NCBI GenBank assembly: GCA_048885525.1
Contig: JBHLLP010000050.1
Location: 1 to 25,537, forward strand
From: Candidatus Hermodarchaeota archaeon
GTDB lineage: Archaea; Asgardarchaeota; Lokiarchaeia; Sigyniarchaeales; SOKP01
Reading direction: 5' to 3'
Length of the DNA: 25,537 bases
Shown here: positions 24,737 through 25,537 of the stretch, one piece after another
Numbering within the stretch: position 1 is the stretch's first letter
Layout: the number at the start of each line of letters is the position of its first letter
Program-made: the position numbers and the translations under genes
The notes under the pieces: generated by a model
The model's database searches: none
The model's input: only the letters and a program-made list of their open reading frames with translations
What the model was told of the DNA's origin: nothing

Positions 24737-25537
24737 ATGGCAACATTTATAGATTTGATAACACCAACATTTTTGGCATTTAGAGAAGGATTAGAAGCAA
24801 CGTTAGTAGTTGTAATTATACTTTTGTATTTAAGGAAGACAAATCAACGAAAATATAATAAATATGTGTATTTAGGGGCTATTTTAGCAACAATCTCCAG
24901 TATAATTTTTGCTGTTATTTTTTCTGTGATATTTGGGGGATTTTCAGGGACTTTAGAGCAGCTATTTGAAGGGTTTACATTTATAATCTCAGGAGTTTTT
25001 ATTATAACTCTGATTCTATGGGTGAGCAAAGAAGGTCCTAAAATGAGGGTGAATCTGGAGAAAAAAGTTGAGGAATCGATTGACACTCAAAAAGTCTTTT
25101 CAATTTCGATTTTAACATTTGTAATTATTATCCGTGAGGGGATTGAATTAGTTCTCTTACTAACTGGTACTGCTTCAATTGGTTCAATTTCTCAAATTAT
25201 AAGCATATTGGGCGCAGTTATTGGCATAGGATTATCGGTATTTATCGGTATTTTAATATTTTATGGCATCAGAACTATTAATCTTTCAAGCTTTTTTAGA
25301 ATTACTAATATAATTCTGATTTTTTTTGCTGCGGGTTTAATCACTTATGGTATACACGAATTAATCGAAGCAGGCGCTATAAATCCTATAATAAATGAGG
25401 TATGGAATATTAAGCACATATTACCTGAATCTTTTCCAGATGGGAATCCTGCAACTCCAGAATGGCTTGAAATAATTGGATCTTTGTTAAAAGCATTATT
25501 TGGTTATAATGCAAATCCTTCTCTGTTGGAACTAATA
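24737..25537 (+). CDS. ftr1: FTR1/EfeU-family iron permease (3' end outside the window)
   Basis: Manual translation MATFIDLITPTFLAFREGLEATLVV...IIREGIELVLL...FAAGLITYGIHELIEAG...LKALFGYNANPSLLEL; two RExxE motifs; open to the window end. Not in the ORF track. Confidence 0.92.
   Translation, partial: MATFIDLITPTFLAFREGLEATLVVVIILLYLRKTNQRKYNKYVYLGAILATISSIIFAVIFSVIFGGFSGTLEQLFEGFTFIISGVFIITLILWVSKEGPKMRVNLEKKVEESIDTQKVFSISILTFVIIIREGIELVLLLTGTASIGSISQIISILGAVIGIGLSVFIGILIFYGIRTINLSSFFRITNIILIFFAAGLITYGIHELIEAGAINPIINEVWNIKHILPESFPDGNPATPEWLEIIGSLLKALFGYNANPSLLELI

Noticed and set aside
286-25086. Short ORF-track entries 286-483, 1976-2206, 4465-4809, 11325-11588, 12121-12348, 12939-13133, 13232-13429, 15215-15433, 16122-16397, 16964-17197, 17044-17253, 17284-17475, 18651-18887, 19223-19417, 20837-21049, 21441-21632, 22602-23012, 23343-23588, 24844-25086
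   Set aside because: They overlap well-supported genes, mostly antisense, and show no recognisable motifs; treated as shadow ORFs.

Overview
AT-rich archaeal DNA, most likely an Asgard (Lokiarchaeia-like) genome. This is an inference from archaeal-type MoaA/MoaD/paired MoeA, a DUF166 protein, a Zn-knuckle/Roadblock-like fusion, oligo-T terminators and GAGGTG/AAGGAG ribosome-binding sites. Left to right: (1) the truncated start of a probable TPR protein, an HTH regulator divergent from a secreted protein, and a membrane-anchored LVIVD/Ca-binding-repeat surface protein; (2) DUF166, an uncalled small membrane ORF with an ATT start, and queD divergent from an unusual NAD(P)-dependent SDR-QueC fusion; (3) a Zn-knuckle/Roadblock-like protein, an atypical kinase-fold protein, a 4-TM protein, and two translationally coupled coiled-coil + C-terminal winged-helix proteins; (4) an SDR, tungstate ABC transporter tupABC, an orphan LivF-type ATPase, a sulfite-oxidase-family Moco domain fused to a four-His cytochrome b561-like domain, a moaC-moaA-moaD-moaE-moeA-moaB-moeA operon and a truncated FTR1 iron permease. 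The best candidates for undescribed biology are the SDR-QueC/QueD pair, the coiled-coil/winged-helix gene pair, the Moco-cytochrome b fusion lacking a Tat signal, and matching 24-bp ModE-like operators before tupA and moaC. No rRNA, tRNA, CRISPR array or mobile element was recognised. All calls are by eye from motifs; no searches were run.
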